Source: Planctomycetota bacterium
Lineage (GTDB): Bacteria > Planctomycetota > SZUA-567 > H5-PLA8
DNA length: 64,000 nt
NCBI GenBank assembly: GCA_038227875.1
Contig: JBBRPR010000006.1
Coordinates: 128,001-192,000, forward strand
Direction of reading: 5' to 3'
A program made the translations under genes and the position numbers. Position 1 is the stretch's first letter. The number at the start of each line of letters is the position of its first letter. The notes beneath the pieces are model-generated. The model was not told the origin of the DNA. It did no database searches and saw only the letters and a list, made by a program, of their open reading frames with translations. Below are positions 18,247-28,141 of this stretch, piece after piece.

Positions 18247-19233
18247 TCAGTCCTCCGCGAGCAATCTCCCCGGCACAAACACCTGCATCTCCTGCTGCCG
18301 CGGACGCATCAGAATGTGCTGCGCGGTGATCTCCTGAATCACGCCCGGGTCCGAGAGCATGCTCAAGAGTTCCTCGTCGTCGGCTTCCCGCGTGGCGTCG
18401 TACGAATTCAAGAATTCACAGAGCCGGTTAAAGCGCGTGCAGCCTTCCGGCTTGCTCTCTTCCGGCGCGTAAAGTTGGCGGTAGTGATTGGTCGTCATCA
18501 ACGGCCGGCCGGGTTCGCCCCAGCGCAACGCGTGGCGCGTCGGGGTGCGCTCGATCACCACCCGCTCATCGTTCTGCGTGCCGACCAGCGTGATCAGCGC
18601 GGACATCGCCAGCGTCTCGAGACTCAGCAGGTCCAGCGCGGCGCGGAAATTCGCGGCGTCCTCCAGAACTTTGCGCAGGAACAGCAATACCGGGTAGCCG
18701 CCGAGATTCACGCCCTCCGGCGATCGCACGGCGTTGACCACGACCGCGAATCCGCGCGCCGACATTCCCGTCACCGTGCCGATCGACGCCGGCCAGGCCG
18801 CGTGAGCAAAGGCGGGTTTGCCGCTGCGGTGATACCGGATCAGGTAACTGGCGCGAGCCAGCAGCGATTCGGGAAACCAATCCATGTTGCGCGCCACGAC
18901 CGGGCCCGACGGCGTCGGCAGCGCCAGCGTCGAACAACCCAGCGATGCGAGGAACAGATCGTACGAGACATTGGCCAGCATCATGTCGCGCCAGTCGCGC
19001 CCGTGCCGCGCGCCCAGCGCCAGCGCGGCGTCGTGAAAGCGGCCGCCGGTCTTCGCGCGGACGGCATCGGCCAGCGGCGCCGACGTCGGCGGAATCTGCG
19101 CCATGATCGCCGCCAGTAGCGTGTTGCAATGTCCAATCGCCTCCGGCGACAGCGCGGCGTAGCGCGCTTCGGCGGGGAGGTCGGCATCGAGATCAAATGA
19201 GGGGCGTTCTCGCCAGGATTTTTTCTTCAACAT
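18247..19233 (-). CDS. Ntn-hydrolase, peptidase C45 / acid ceramidase-like
   Basis: G|CSTLA nucleophile Cys, VVARNMDW, G..TGMS..GFAVVVN, TTNHY. Confidence 0.85.
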   Translation of the reverse strand: MLKKKSWRERPSFDLDADLPAEARYAALSPEAIGHCNTLLAAIMAQIPPTSAPLADAVRAKTGGRFHDAALALGARHGRDWRDMMLANVSYDLFLASLGCSTLALPTPSGPVVARNMDWFPESLLARASYLIRYHRSGKPAFAHAAWPASIGTVTGMSARGFAVVVNAVRSPEGVNLGGYPVLLFLRKVLEDAANFRAALDLLSLETLAMSALITLVGTQNDERVVIERTPTRHALRWGEPGRPLMTTNHYRQLYAPEESKPEGCTRFNRLCEFLNSYDATREADDEELLSMLSDPGVIQEITAQHILMRPRQQEMQVFVPGRLLAED

Positions 19234-19300
19234 AGTGCGTTTTAGTCTACTCCAAAATCACGCAATTGCACTCATCGCTGTCCGCGTTATCCTTTTATAG

Positions 19301-19687
19301 ATGTGGCCTCGAATTTCCACTGCTGCGCTGGTCTTCGCCGGGATCATGAGTCTCGTGCCATGCTGCTGCATCGGCGCGTTTTTCATCCCAGGTGGAAAGG
19401 TGGCGTCCGGCGGGTGCTGTGCCTGCGCCACATCCTCTACCTCTACCAAGACCAGCTCAGCTTCAAAAACGATCCGTCACGCCGATCGTGGCTGTGCCTG
19501 TTCCAACCAAGCCATGACGCGTGAACTTCCAGCCGTCACCTCCTTGCAAAACTTCGACGCCGCGCCGGCCGATTCCTTCTCGCCCGAACCGCTCTGGCGC
19601 GCCACAACTCTGCTGACCGGCCCGATCAACTATGCTCACGCACCGCCAGACCCGCTGCGCGTCGCCCGCACACCACTGCTGATTTGA
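19301..19687 (+). CDS. Cys-rich leader protein with HAPP motif (DUF2946/CutF/CruR-like)
   Basis: Signal-like N-terminus; CCC, CCAC and CAC clusters; C-terminal YAHAPP...LLI; directly upstream of copper oxidase. Confidence 0.7.
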   Translation: MWPRISTAALVFAGIMSLVPCCCIGAFFIPGGKVASGGCCACATSSTSTKTSSASKTIRHADRGCACSNQAMTRELPAVTSLQNFDAAPADSFSPEPLWRATTLLTGPINYAHAPPDPLRVARTPLLI

Positions 19688-19772
19688 ATTCCTTCGGGAG
19701 CGCTTTATAGGCGTTCCACTCCAAGCGTTTTTGAATTTCTTCGTACTCCGTCGAACCTTTTTGAGGTGAACT

Positions 19773-20999
19773 ATGCGCGTTGCTAAATCCATGCTGTTGT
19801 CACTGCTGCTCGTCGCCGTCGCCGCATTTTCCGTCCGCGCCGAAGACGACCCGAAGCCGCCCTACCTGCCCGTGATCACGCCCAACGGCTCGACGCTGCC
19901 GTACAAACTCGTCGACGGCGTGAAGGTGTTTCACCTCATCGCCGAACCGGTCAAACGCGAGTTTGCGCCGGGGCTGGTGGTCGAATGCTGGGGCTACAAC
20001 GGCCAGACGCCCGGGCCGACGATCGAAGTCGTCGAAGGCGACCGCATTCGCATTTATGTCACGAACAAACTCGAAGCGCCGACCAGCGTCCACTGGCACG
20101 GCATCCATCTGCCCAACGGCATGGACGGCGTGAGCGGCCTGACGCAGCGCCCGATCAAGCCGGGCGAAACGTTTAAATACGAATACACGCTGATCCAGAA
20201 CGGCACCTTCATGTACCACTCGCACTTCGACGAAATGGTGCAGATGGGCCTGGGCATGGTCGGCTTCCTCGTCGTTCACCCTAAAGGTCCTGAAGCGAAG
20301 CCCGTCGACCGGGATTTCGCCATCATGCTCGGCGAATGGTTCATCCCTGCCGGCGGCACACGGCCCGATCCGGCCGTGATGACCGACTTCAATTATTTCA
20401 CCTTTAATAGCCGCGTCTTCCCCGGCACGATGCCGCTGGTCGTGCGCAAAGGCCAGCGCGTCCGCATCCGGATTGGAAACTTAAGCATGGATAATCACCC
20501 GATCCATCTCCATGAATTTCCCTTCCGCGTCACGGGCATCGACGGGTCCAGCGTGCCGGAAGAAAAGCAACTCGCCAGCGGCGTCACCATCGACGTCCCG
20601 CCCGGCAGCACGCGCGACATTCAATTCACCGCCGACGAAGTCGGCGATTGGGCGCTGCACTGCCACAAGACGCATCACACCATGAGCGGCATGGCGCACG
20701 GCATGCCCAATCTCATCGCCGTCGATCAGGGCAAGGTGGAAGACAAAATCGCCAAGCTCGTCCCCGGCTACATGGCCATGGGCAAGACCGGCATGGGCGA
20801 CATGATGGATATGGGCCAGCCGAAAAATATTCTGCCGATGAACTACCCCGGTCCCTTCAGCGCCATCGAAATGGGCGGCATGTTCACCATCGTCAAAGTC
20901 CGCGAGAACATCACGACCTACGACGATCCGGGTTGGTACAAGCATCCAGAAGGCACCGTCGCCGGACCGGTTCCGGAATCGGAAGTGCCGAAGGAGTGA
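19773..20999 (+). CDS. Multicopper oxidase (cupredoxin domains)
   Basis: VHWHG, MYHSH, HPIHLH, HCHKTHH Cu motifs; Met-rich C-terminus. Confidence 0.93.
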   Translation: MRVAKSMLLSLLLVAVAAFSVRAEDDPKPPYLPVITPNGSTLPYKLVDGVKVFHLIAEPVKREFAPGLVVECWGYNGQTPGPTIEVVEGDRIRIYVTNKLEAPTSVHWHGIHLPNGMDGVSGLTQRPIKPGETFKYEYTLIQNGTFMYHSHFDEMVQMGLGMVGFLVVHPKGPEAKPVDRDFAIMLGEWFIPAGGTRPDPAVMTDFNYFTFNSRVFPGTMPLVVRKGQRVRIRIGNLSMDNHPIHLHEFPFRVTGIDGSSVPEEKQLASGVTIDVPPGSTRDIQFTADEVGDWALHCHKTHHTMSGMAHGMPNLIAVDQGKVEDKIAKLVPGYMAMGKTGMGDMMDMGQPKNILPMNYPGPFSAIEMGGMFTIVKVRENITTYDDPGWYKHPEGTVAGPVPESEVPKE

Positions 21000-21001
21000 C
21001 C

Positions 21002-21183
21002 TTTGTAGTCCGGGCGTCTCGCCCGGTCTAACAAAACCCAATTCATGTTTCGTATGAATACTCGGCAATGAAAATCTACCGCGAGAGCAAAGATGTGTTG
21101 CTCCGCAATCGACAAGTGAAACGAACGAATCAGTCACTGATGCAACGACGAAGTTAGACCGGGCGGGACGCCCGGACTACAAA
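21002..21183. mobile_element. REP-doublet/MITE-like element, copy 2
   Basis: TTTGTAGTCCGGGCGTCTCGCCCGGTCTAAC ... GTTAGACCGGGCGGGACGCCCGGACTACAAA. Confidence 0.85.
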
Positions 21184-21203
21184 TAAAGTGAGGGGAAAAA
21201 CCA

Positions 21204-22628
21204 ATGTCACGCCGTCGTTTGTTGCTCTACGCGCTCCCGGCCACGCTGCTGCTTTCCGGCTGCAGCAATCCGCCGGAACACCGCGGCTTCGAATCGGTGC
21301 AGGCGAAAGTCTCGACGCTGATCGACAAGGACGTCGAGTGGCGCGATCCGGACGACTCCACCACGTTGGCCAGCTTCGATGCGCGCACGCAGGAACTGCT
21401 GAAAACCGAACTAACTCCCGATGCGGCTGTGCAGATCGCGCTCTTGAACAACCGCACGCTCCAGGCCACGTATGAAGACCTCGGTATCGCCAGCGCGGAC
21501 TTGATGGAAGCGGGCATCATCAAAAATCCCGGCTTCAGCATGTACGCGCGCATCCCCGATGCCGCCAGCTCGACGCTGAACACCCAATTCTCCATCGCCA
21601 TGAATTTCATCGACATCCTCCTGCTGCCGCTGCGCAAAAAAGTGGAAGGCATGCGCTTCGAAGCGGCCAAGGCTCGCGTCACCATGGCCGTGCTGGAACT
21701 CGTCAGCGATGTACGCATGAATTACTACAAACTGCAGGGCGAAACCGCGCGCCTGAAACTTCGCAAGACCGCGTTGGAAGCCGCGCAGGCCGGCTCCGAA
21801 TTCGCGGAGAAGCTCGGCAAGGCCGGCAATATGTCCGAACTCACCGTGATTCCCCGCGTCGCGCTCTTCCACCAGGCCACGCTCGACGTCGCCAAGACCG
21901 AACTCGAACTGATCAGCCTTCGCGAAAAAATGAACCGCCTGATGGGCCTCTCCGCCGACCGAAAATGGACGATCGCCGCCGAACTACCCGCGCTGCCCGA
22001 AAAAGAAACGCTGCCAGCCGCCGACACGCTCGAAGCCATCGCCGTCGCGCAGCGCGTCGACCTGGACGTGCAGCGCCAGGACGTCGCGATTATCGACAAG
22101 GCCCGCGCCATGCACCACTGGGGCGTCTACACCGCCGTCGAACCCGGCGCCAACACCGAGAAGGAACCCGACCGCGTCCGCGTCACCGGCCCGCAGTTGA
22201 ATCTCGACATCCCCATTTTCAATCGCGGCCAGGCCGACCGCGCGCGCTTCCGGGCGCAACTGCGGCAGGCGCAGGACAAGCTCGAAGCACTGGAACAAAC
22301 CGTGCGCTCCGAAGTCCGCGAGGAATACGCGCACATCCTCGCCGCGCGCAACGCCGTCGAATACTACCGCGACAGCATTTTGCCGCTGCGCCTGCGCGCG
22401 CTCTCGCTGACGTCCGAGCATTACAATGCGATGACCGTCGGGCCGCTCGACCTGCTCTCGGCCAAGCAGGACCAGATTTCGTCGCAGCTCGAACAGACCG
22501 AAGCGCTCCGCGACTATTGGATCCATCGCACGGAGCTGGAACACGCGCTGGGCGGGAAGTTACCCGGGGCGGCTCCGGCGCCAATTTTCACGCCGCCACC
22601 GGCGCCAGCGGCATCTGTAAAGGAGTAG
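21204..22628 (+). CDS. TolC-family outer membrane lipoprotein (copper-resistance associated type)
   Basis: Lipobox LSGC; AVQIALLNNRTLQA.YEDLGIA.ADL, IPIFNRGQ, YW..RTELE.A.GG. Confidence 0.9.
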   Translation: MSRRRLLLYALPATLLLSGCSNPPEHRGFESVQAKVSTLIDKDVEWRDPDDSTTLASFDARTQELLKTELTPDAAVQIALLNNRTLQATYEDLGIASADLMEAGIIKNPGFSMYARIPDAASSTLNTQFSIAMNFIDILLLPLRKKVEGMRFEAAKARVTMAVLELVSDVRMNYYKLQGETARLKLRKTALEAAQAGSEFAEKLGKAGNMSELTVIPRVALFHQATLDVAKTELELISLREKMNRLMGLSADRKWTIAAELPALPEKETLPAADTLEAIAVAQRVDLDVQRQDVAIIDKARAMHHWGVYTAVEPGANTEKEPDRVRVTGPQLNLDIPIFNRGQADRARFRAQLRQAQDKLEALEQTVRSEVREEYAHILAARNAVEYYRDSILPLRLRALSLTSEHYNAMTVGPLDLLSAKQDQISSQLEQTEALRDYWIHRTELEHALGGKLPGAAPAPIFTPPPAPAASVKE

Positions 22629-22715
22629 CCAAAAAAACTCCACAACGCTCGCCACGCTTCGTTTCGTGGGGTATTATGCCCTGCACACGATTTTTACGGA
22701 GAGCGGCGCCGCGGT

Positions 22716-23744
22716 ATGAAACTGAGTTCGTTGGTATGGGTGTTGCCACTGGCACTGCTGGGGCTGGTGCTTTACGTCGGCATCTCCGCCTTGCGCGCCG
22801 CTCCCCAGGGGCCGGAGAAACCGCCTGCCGTTCAGACAAACACCAGCGAAAATGCATTCCCGCGTACGGTCGTCGAAAGCAACGGTCACGAAGTCGTCAT
22901 CAAATCCCGCCCGATGCGCATCGTCCCCAGCGATTGCGGCCCGGCCGACATGCTCGCCGCGGTCGTCGATCCCAAGCAGATCGCCGCGCTTCCTGACACC
23001 GTCGACACCTTCGGCGGAGCCACCGAATTCTACAAAGCCAACCCGCAGATTCCGCGCTTTCAAAAATTCGATACGGAAACCATCCTCTCGTTCAAACCCG
23101 ACATGGTGATCTTCACCACCTACCGCGACCCGTCCATCGCCAGCTATTTCGAAAGCCGCGGCATTACCGTCGTCCGCTTCGAGAACTTCCGCACGTTCGA
23201 AGGCATCCGCGGAGGGCTTGCCGCCGTCGGCCGCGCAGCGGGCGAAGACGCGAAGACCAAGATCGCTCTCGACGATTTCGACCGCCGCCTGAAGGCCATC
23301 GAGACCGCGTACTCCGGACGCCCGAAACCGCGCGTGATCAGCTACTCCAATTATGGCAGCGGCTTTGCCGTCGGCACCGGCGAGAGCGAGGACGAAGTGA
23401 TCCGCCGCGCCGGCGCGACCAACATCGCCGCGGAATTGAATCTCGCCGGACACGTCAACTTTTCCTTCGAACAGCTGCTCAAGGCCAATCCCGATTGGAT
23501 CATCACGTTCGGCGATCAGGAGCTCGACAGCCCGCAGGCCCGCTTTCTGCTCACCGAACCGACGCTTGCCAATCTCGCTGCGATCAAGAACCGCCACATT
23601 GCGGTGATTCCCGACCGCTATTACTCGTCGATCTCGCCCTCCATTCTCGATGCCGTTGAAATTCTCGCGCATCAGCTCCATGCCGACGCGTTTCCGAAAA
23701 AGGACACTGGCACGGGCGCAGTAGCCCCCGAGCCCAAGCCATGA
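22716..23744 (+). CDS. ABC substrate-binding protein (FeCT/BtuF-like helical backbone)
   Basis: PMRIV, ETILSFKPDMV, FEQLLKANPD, LAAIKN. Confidence 0.88.
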   Translation: MKLSSLVWVLPLALLGLVLYVGISALRAAPQGPEKPPAVQTNTSENAFPRTVVESNGHEVVIKSRPMRIVPSDCGPADMLAAVVDPKQIAALPDTVDTFGGATEFYKANPQIPRFQKFDTETILSFKPDMVIFTTYRDPSIASYFESRGITVVRFENFRTFEGIRGGLAAVGRAAGEDAKTKIALDDFDRRLKAIETAYSGRPKPRVISYSNYGSGFAVGTGESEDEVIRRAGATNIAAELNLAGHVNFSFEQLLKANPDWIITFGDQELDSPQARFLLTEPTLANLAAIKNRHIAVIPDRYYSSISPSILDAVEILAHQLHADAFPKKDTGTGAVAPEPKP

Positions 23745-24895
23745 ACAGCTCCGAACGCGCGCGCTTCCTCACCATACTTTTGCTGCTGGCCACTCCGGTG
23801 CTGGTCCTGTGCGCGACCGCCTACAGCGAAACCGCGTCGGGCACCCTGGTTGATGCGGCGCGCCTGATCGGCGCCAAGCTGCACCTGCTCTCCGTCACCG
23901 ACAACCTCGACAACGAGTTGCTCAAGCTCCGCCTTTTCCGCGCGCTCTGCGCCGCGGGCGTCGGCGGATCGCTGGCGCTGGCCGGGGCGATGGCGCAGGG
24001 ACTGTTCCGCAACCCAATGGCCGAGCCCGGTCTCCTCGGCATCGGCAGCGGCGCGACGCTCGGCGCGGTGCTCGGCATTGCTCTGCTCGGTGGTTACGGC
24101 GCGGCACTGGGACGTTTCGTCGGCGGAGCCGATACCGACAGTGTCACTCCGCCCGCGGGTTTCACGCTGGGCCTCGTGCCGATTCTCTCGCTCTTCGGCG
24201 CGCTCTCGATTGCGCTCACCGTCTACCGCCTCTCCACGCGCGGCGGACGGCTGTCGGTCTCGCTTCTGCTGCTGACAGGTCTGGCGATCAACGCCATCGC
24301 CAGTTCGCTCATGGCAATGATCCAGATGTTCCTGCTCAGCGACTGGCAGGTCTCGCAAGCGATCATGAGCTGGGGCTTCGGCACGCTGGATGACCGCAAC
24401 GCGTTTCAGCTGACGATCATCTGGAGCGGCGCGCTGCTGGCGCTCGCGGCGATTCCCTTCGTCGGCTTGGAACTCGATCTGCTCGCCGGCGGAGAACTCG
24501 ACGCCGCGGCGCTCGGTGCCGACCCCGCGCGCGTCAAGACCATCGTCCTCTCCTGCATCGCCATCGCGACGGCGGCGTCGGTCGCCTTCTGTGGCCAGAT
24601 TGCTTTCGTGGGACTGCTCGTGCCGCACATCGTCCGCATGCTCATTGGCCCCAAGCACCGCGTGCTGCTGCCGCTTTCGTTCCTCGCGGGTGCGACGCTG
24701 CTATTGAGCATGGTGGTGTTTCAGCACGGCGTTTGCCCGTGGTTTGCAGCGAGTTTCCGTGCCGCCAGCCACCCGAGCTGGGGCACCGCGTTCGATCGCA
24801 TCGGGGCGCTGCAGCCGGGAATTCTGACCTCGCTGATCGGCTCGCCGTTCTTCCTCTTCCTTTTATTGCGGCAAGGAAAGCGGGGCGAACTGTGA
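23741..24895 (+). CDS. FecCD/BtuC-family ABC permease
   Basis: LRL.R, QGLFRNPMAEPGLLGI, AAALG, GQIAFVGLLVPH, IG.PFFL. Confidence 0.93.
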   Translation: MNSSERARFLTILLLLATPVLVLCATAYSETASGTLVDAARLIGAKLHLLSVTDNLDNELLKLRLFRALCAAGVGGSLALAGAMAQGLFRNPMAEPGLLGIGSGATLGAVLGIALLGGYGAALGRFVGGADTDSVTPPAGFTLGLVPILSLFGALSIALTVYRLSTRGGRLSVSLLLLTGLAINAIASSLMAMIQMFLLSDWQVSQAIMSWGFGTLDDRNAFQLTIIWSGALLALAAIPFVGLELDLLAGGELDAAALGADPARVKTIVLSCIAIATAASVAFCGQIAFVGLLVPHIVRMLIGPKHRVLLPLSFLAGATLLLSMVVFQHGVCPWFAASFRAASHPSWGTAFDRIGALQPGILTSLIGSPFFLFLLLRQGKRGEL

Positions 24896-25749
24896 GCGGC
24901 GGCGAATCCAAGCGCCTCCTGCCGCCCGCGATCTCCGCGCAGAATGTGCGGCTGACGTACGCCAACGGCGTCCGCGCGATCGACGGACTTTCAATGAAGG
25001 TCGCGCACGGCGAATTCCTCGCGATCATCGGCCCCAACGGTTCGGGCAAGAGCAGCCTGTTGCGCGTGCTGACCGGACTGCAGCCGGCCGATTCGGGAGA
25101 AATTCTGATCGAAGGCGAACTGCTCGCGAATCTCGATACCCGCGAGCGTGCGCTGCGCGTGGCGCTGGTGCCGCAGAGCCTTGAGGTGCTTCCGGGCTAC
25201 AGCGTCGAGGATTTTGTGCTGATGGGCCGTTACGCGCACCTCACCGGCTGGCGCTTGTTCACGCCGCGCGACAAGGAAGTCGCGCGCGATTGCCTCGGCC
25301 GCGTCAATGCGTCGAGTTTCGCACACCGCGGCATGAATGAGATGTCCGGCGGCGAACGCCAGCGCGTGATGATCGCCCGCGCGCTCGCCCAGGAAGCGCG
25401 CACGGTACTCCTCGACGAGCCGACCAGCGCGCTGGACCTCGCGCACCAATTAATGGTCTACAAGCTGATTCACACCATGCACCGCGAGGCCGAGCGAACC
25501 ATCGTGGTGGTGACTCACGATCTGAATCTCGCTAGCCAATTCGCCGAGCGCCTGGTCCTGATGCAAAACGGCCGCATCGCCGCCGACGGTTCGCCGAACG
25601 AAGTGCTGAAACGCGAGATTCTCGAAGACGTCTACGGCCGCGACCTGGCCTACGGCATGTTCGACGAAACGATCAGCGGCAAGCCGCGCCCGTGGGTGCT
25701 GCCGCTGGCGAAAGCGCGCGGGAAAGAGACGAGCGAAGGGCTGTCGTGA
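24892..25749 (+). CDS. ABC ATPase (FecE/BtuD/HmuV-like)
   Basis: GPNGSGKS, MSGGERQR, LLDEPT, THDLNLA; GTG start overlaps the permease stop. Confidence 0.93.
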   Translation: MSGGESKRLLPPAISAQNVRLTYANGVRAIDGLSMKVAHGEFLAIIGPNGSGKSSLLRVLTGLQPADSGEILIEGELLANLDTRERALRVALVPQSLEVLPGYSVEDFVLMGRYAHLTGWRLFTPRDKEVARDCLGRVNASSFAHRGMNEMSGGERQRVMIARALAQEARTVLLDEPTSALDLAHQLMVYKLIHTMHREAERTIVVVTHDLNLASQFAERLVLMQNGRIAADGSPNEVLKREILEDVYGRDLAYGMFDETISGKPRPWVLPLAKARGKETSEGLS

Positions 25750-25758
25750 ACGGAGTTC

Positions 25759-25874
25759 CGTGGTCCGGGCATCTTGCCCGGTCCATCTTGAAATTGGGCT
25801 CAACTTCGATCGACACAGCATCTCTTGCAAGAGTACCGCGTCCGTCGCGGACCGGGCGGGACGCCCGGACCACG
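25759..25874. mobile_element. REP-doublet/MITE-like element, copy 3 (GTGG variant)
   Basis: CGTGGTCCGGGCATCTTGCCCGGTCC ... GGACCGGGCGGGACGCCCGGACCACG. Confidence 0.8.
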
Positions 25875-25903
25875 TTTGTTGAACGAACCGCGAATTGCCC
25901 GGG

Positions 25904-26299
25904 CTATTTCTTCACAAACTTTAACGCCACGGAATTAATGCAATACCGCACATGCGTCGGCGCCGGTCCGTCGGGGAAGACGTGGCCGAGGTGCCCGCCG
26001 CAGCGGCTGCAGAGCACTTCCGTTCGCTGCACGCCCAGCGATCCGTCCGTTTCCGTATCGACGTTGTCGTCCTTGACGGGCGCAAAGAAACTCGGCCAGC
26101 CGGTGCCGGAATCGAACTTGGTCTCCGACGAAAACAATTCGTTGCCGCACCCGGCGCAGAGATACGTACCCGCGTCGTGATTTTTCCAGTACGCGCCGGC
26201 GAACGATCGCTCCGTGCCCTTGCGGCGCAGAACGGTGTACTGTTCGGGCGTCAGTTCCTTGCGCCATTCGTCGTCGGTCTTTTCGATTTTTTCGCTCAT
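25904..26299 (-). CDS. msrB: Peptide-methionine (R)-S-oxide reductase
   Basis: [30 protein letters not shown]; two CxxC. Confidence 0.97.
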   Translation of the reverse strand: MSEKIEKTDDEWRKELTPEQYTVLRRKGTERSFAGAYWKNHDAGTYLCAGCGNELFSSETKFDSGTGWPSFFAPVKDDNVDTETDGSLGVQRTEVLCSRCGGHLGHVFPDGPAPTHVRYCINSVALKFVKK

Positions 26300-26317
26300 G
26301 GACTACTCCTCACTGTC

Positions 26318-26998
26318 TTAATCACAGCGTTGAATCCAAATCATGTACCCATGTGAGGCAACCAGTTGATCTGGAGGTCCTCGCTTAAAGTCGCCTTTTC
26401 GCACACGCAGTAATTCTACGGGTTCGTCGCCTGTTCCTTTCCAGATGAGCCCGGGCACCCAATTTCCCGAACTCATTGGGCTGTCGAATACCGTGAGATC
26501 ATAGCCGGTCTTTGAGACTTGAGTCAGCACTCTTCCGTTGGAATCCAACGCTTCAATTTTCAGCATGCCAGAACCGTCAGCAGTATTTTCCTTGACGCTT
26601 ATATGAATCAGAAACTCGCCTGGCGGGAGAGCAAGCTGATCGTTCGACACAGGAGACTTAGCATTCTGCCCGGCCCCTAAAATCCCCTCATTAGAAAAAA
26701 GGACTTCCGGATGGGAATAGCAGATACAAAACCGACGCTCCTTTGGTACGAAAACACGCCATTCGCCCGGCGTACGGAAACTGAATCTGGGAGAAGGTTC
26801 ATCGTGATTGTTATCTCGCACATATAGTAATGTCGAATCCGCGATCTCTAATTCCATCCCAAGTTTGATTCGATACTGATGGTTTTCTTCTTCTAGTCGC
26901 GAAACCTTGGTCTGCATTCCAATCAACATAATTGCCGCTCCTGCAAGCAGCGTGAGAACAATGAGCAACGAGAGTGAGAATCGCAATCGCGACGGCAT
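26318..26998 (-). CDS. Hypothetical membrane-anchored protein, lower GC
   Basis: N-terminus RLRFSLSLLIVLTLLAG; AT-richer codon usage than flanks. Confidence 0.75.
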   Translation of the reverse strand: MPSRLRFSLSLLIVLTLLAGAAIMLIGMQTKVSRLEEENHQYRIKLGMELEIADSTLLYVRDNNHDEPSPRFSFRTPGEWRVFVPKERRFCICYSHPEVLFSNEGILGAGQNAKSPVSNDQLALPPGEFLIHISVKENTADGSGMLKIEALDSNGRVLTQVSKTGYDLTVFDSPMSSGNWVPGLIWKGTGDEPVELLRVRKGDFKRGPPDQLVASHGYMIWIQRCD

Positions 26999-27043
26999 AG
27001 TGACAAGAAGTGTGACGAAGTTCGACCGAATTACAATCCGGGA

Positions 27044-28141
27044 TCACAGCCGCGCGTAGAACTCCGCCAACGCGTCCCCGCGAACTTTCAGGGCGTGGCT
27101 CTTTTCCGCGCGGGCGCGTGCGGCGGCGCGCATCTGGGTCAGGCGGTCAGGGGTTTTGAGCAGCGATTCGATCTGGCGCGCCCAGCCGCGCGGATCGTCG
27201 GGGAGCAGACGCGTCACGCAGGCGGGATCGTCGGCGAATTCGCGCAGGCCGGGAAGATCGGCGACCAACAGTGGCACGCCGCAGGCCAGCATCTCGGCGG
27301 CGGCGCGGGAGGTTCCGTCGCCGCCCGTGCGGAAGACCAACCCCAGTGCCAACGACGAGAGCACCGCCGCGAAATCGCGCGGCGATTGCACGGGGACGTG
27401 CTGAATCGTCACGCGCGACTCGGAAAGTTTGCGCTGCTCGTACGCTTCTTTGCGGAGCTCGTCGCCCAGTTCCCCGCGACCGATCAGCGCGCCTTCCCAA
27501 TTCAAGCCGCGATCCAGTTCAGAAAACACCGCCAGCGCCGCGTGCTGGCCGCGGTCGCGGCCGTCGCGGTCGCGCTTCCAGCGGCCGACCAGGCCAATGC
27601 GCGGCGCGGCGTTCGAGCCGGCGGCATTCGGCGAGAAAATCTCCGTGTCGACGCCCACAGGAATGAAGACGCTCTGCTTCGCGCCGTTTTTCGTCAGCGC
27701 GTCGGACGCTTCGCGGCTGACGCTGACACAGCCGTCTACTTGCCGCGCGATGCGGCGGAGCAGCAAACCCGGCACGCCCAGCGGATCGCGGTGCCACGTG
27801 CGGACCAGCCGCGCACTGATCGTTTTTCCGATCGCCACGGACGCCAGAAATTGATCGTCGCTGCGATGAACATGGACGGTGTCGATCGCCAATTCCCGCA
27901 GCAGCGCGCGCAGCACCCGCGTGTCGTGCGGCAGCCGCAGCAGGCGCATCGGACCCTTGCCGAGTTTCAAGCCGCCGGCGGCCGCAACGCCTTCCGCGAC
28001 GCACGCGTCCATCAGCCCCGTCGCGCTGCGCGTGGCGATGGTCGCGCGGTGGCCGGCGGCGCAGAGCGCCTTGACGTCGGCCATGGCGGCGGCGGCCGGA
28101 CCGGTCGGTCCGCGCCCGGAAATCAGATGGAGCACGTTCAT
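27044..28141 (-). CDS. Glycosyltransferase family 4
   Basis: VHVH, IPVGVD..F, GLVGR, EMLACGVP, DLPGLRE. Confidence 0.9.
   Translation of the reverse strand: MNVLHLISGRGPTGPAAAAMADVKALCAAGHRATIATRSATGLMDACVAEGVAAAGGLKLGKGPMRLLRLPHDTRVLRALLRELAIDTVHVHRSDDQFLASVAIGKTISARLVRTWHRDPLGVPGLLLRRIARQVDGCVSVSREASDALTKNGAKQSVFIPVGVDTEIFSPNAAGSNAAPRIGLVGRWKRDRDGRDRGQHAALAVFSELDRGLNWEGALIGRGELGDELRKEAYEQRKLSESRVTIQHVPVQSPRDFAAVLSSLALGLVFRTGGDGTSRAAAEMLACGVPLLVADLPGLREFADDPACVTRLLPDDPRGWARQIESLLKTPDRLTQMRAAARARAEKSHALKVRGDALAEFYARL

Noticed and set aside
22629..22715. Cobalamin riboswitch or Fur box before the Btu/Fec-like ABC operon
   Set aside because: Gap too short and no B12-box or Fur consensus seen; substrate left unassigned.
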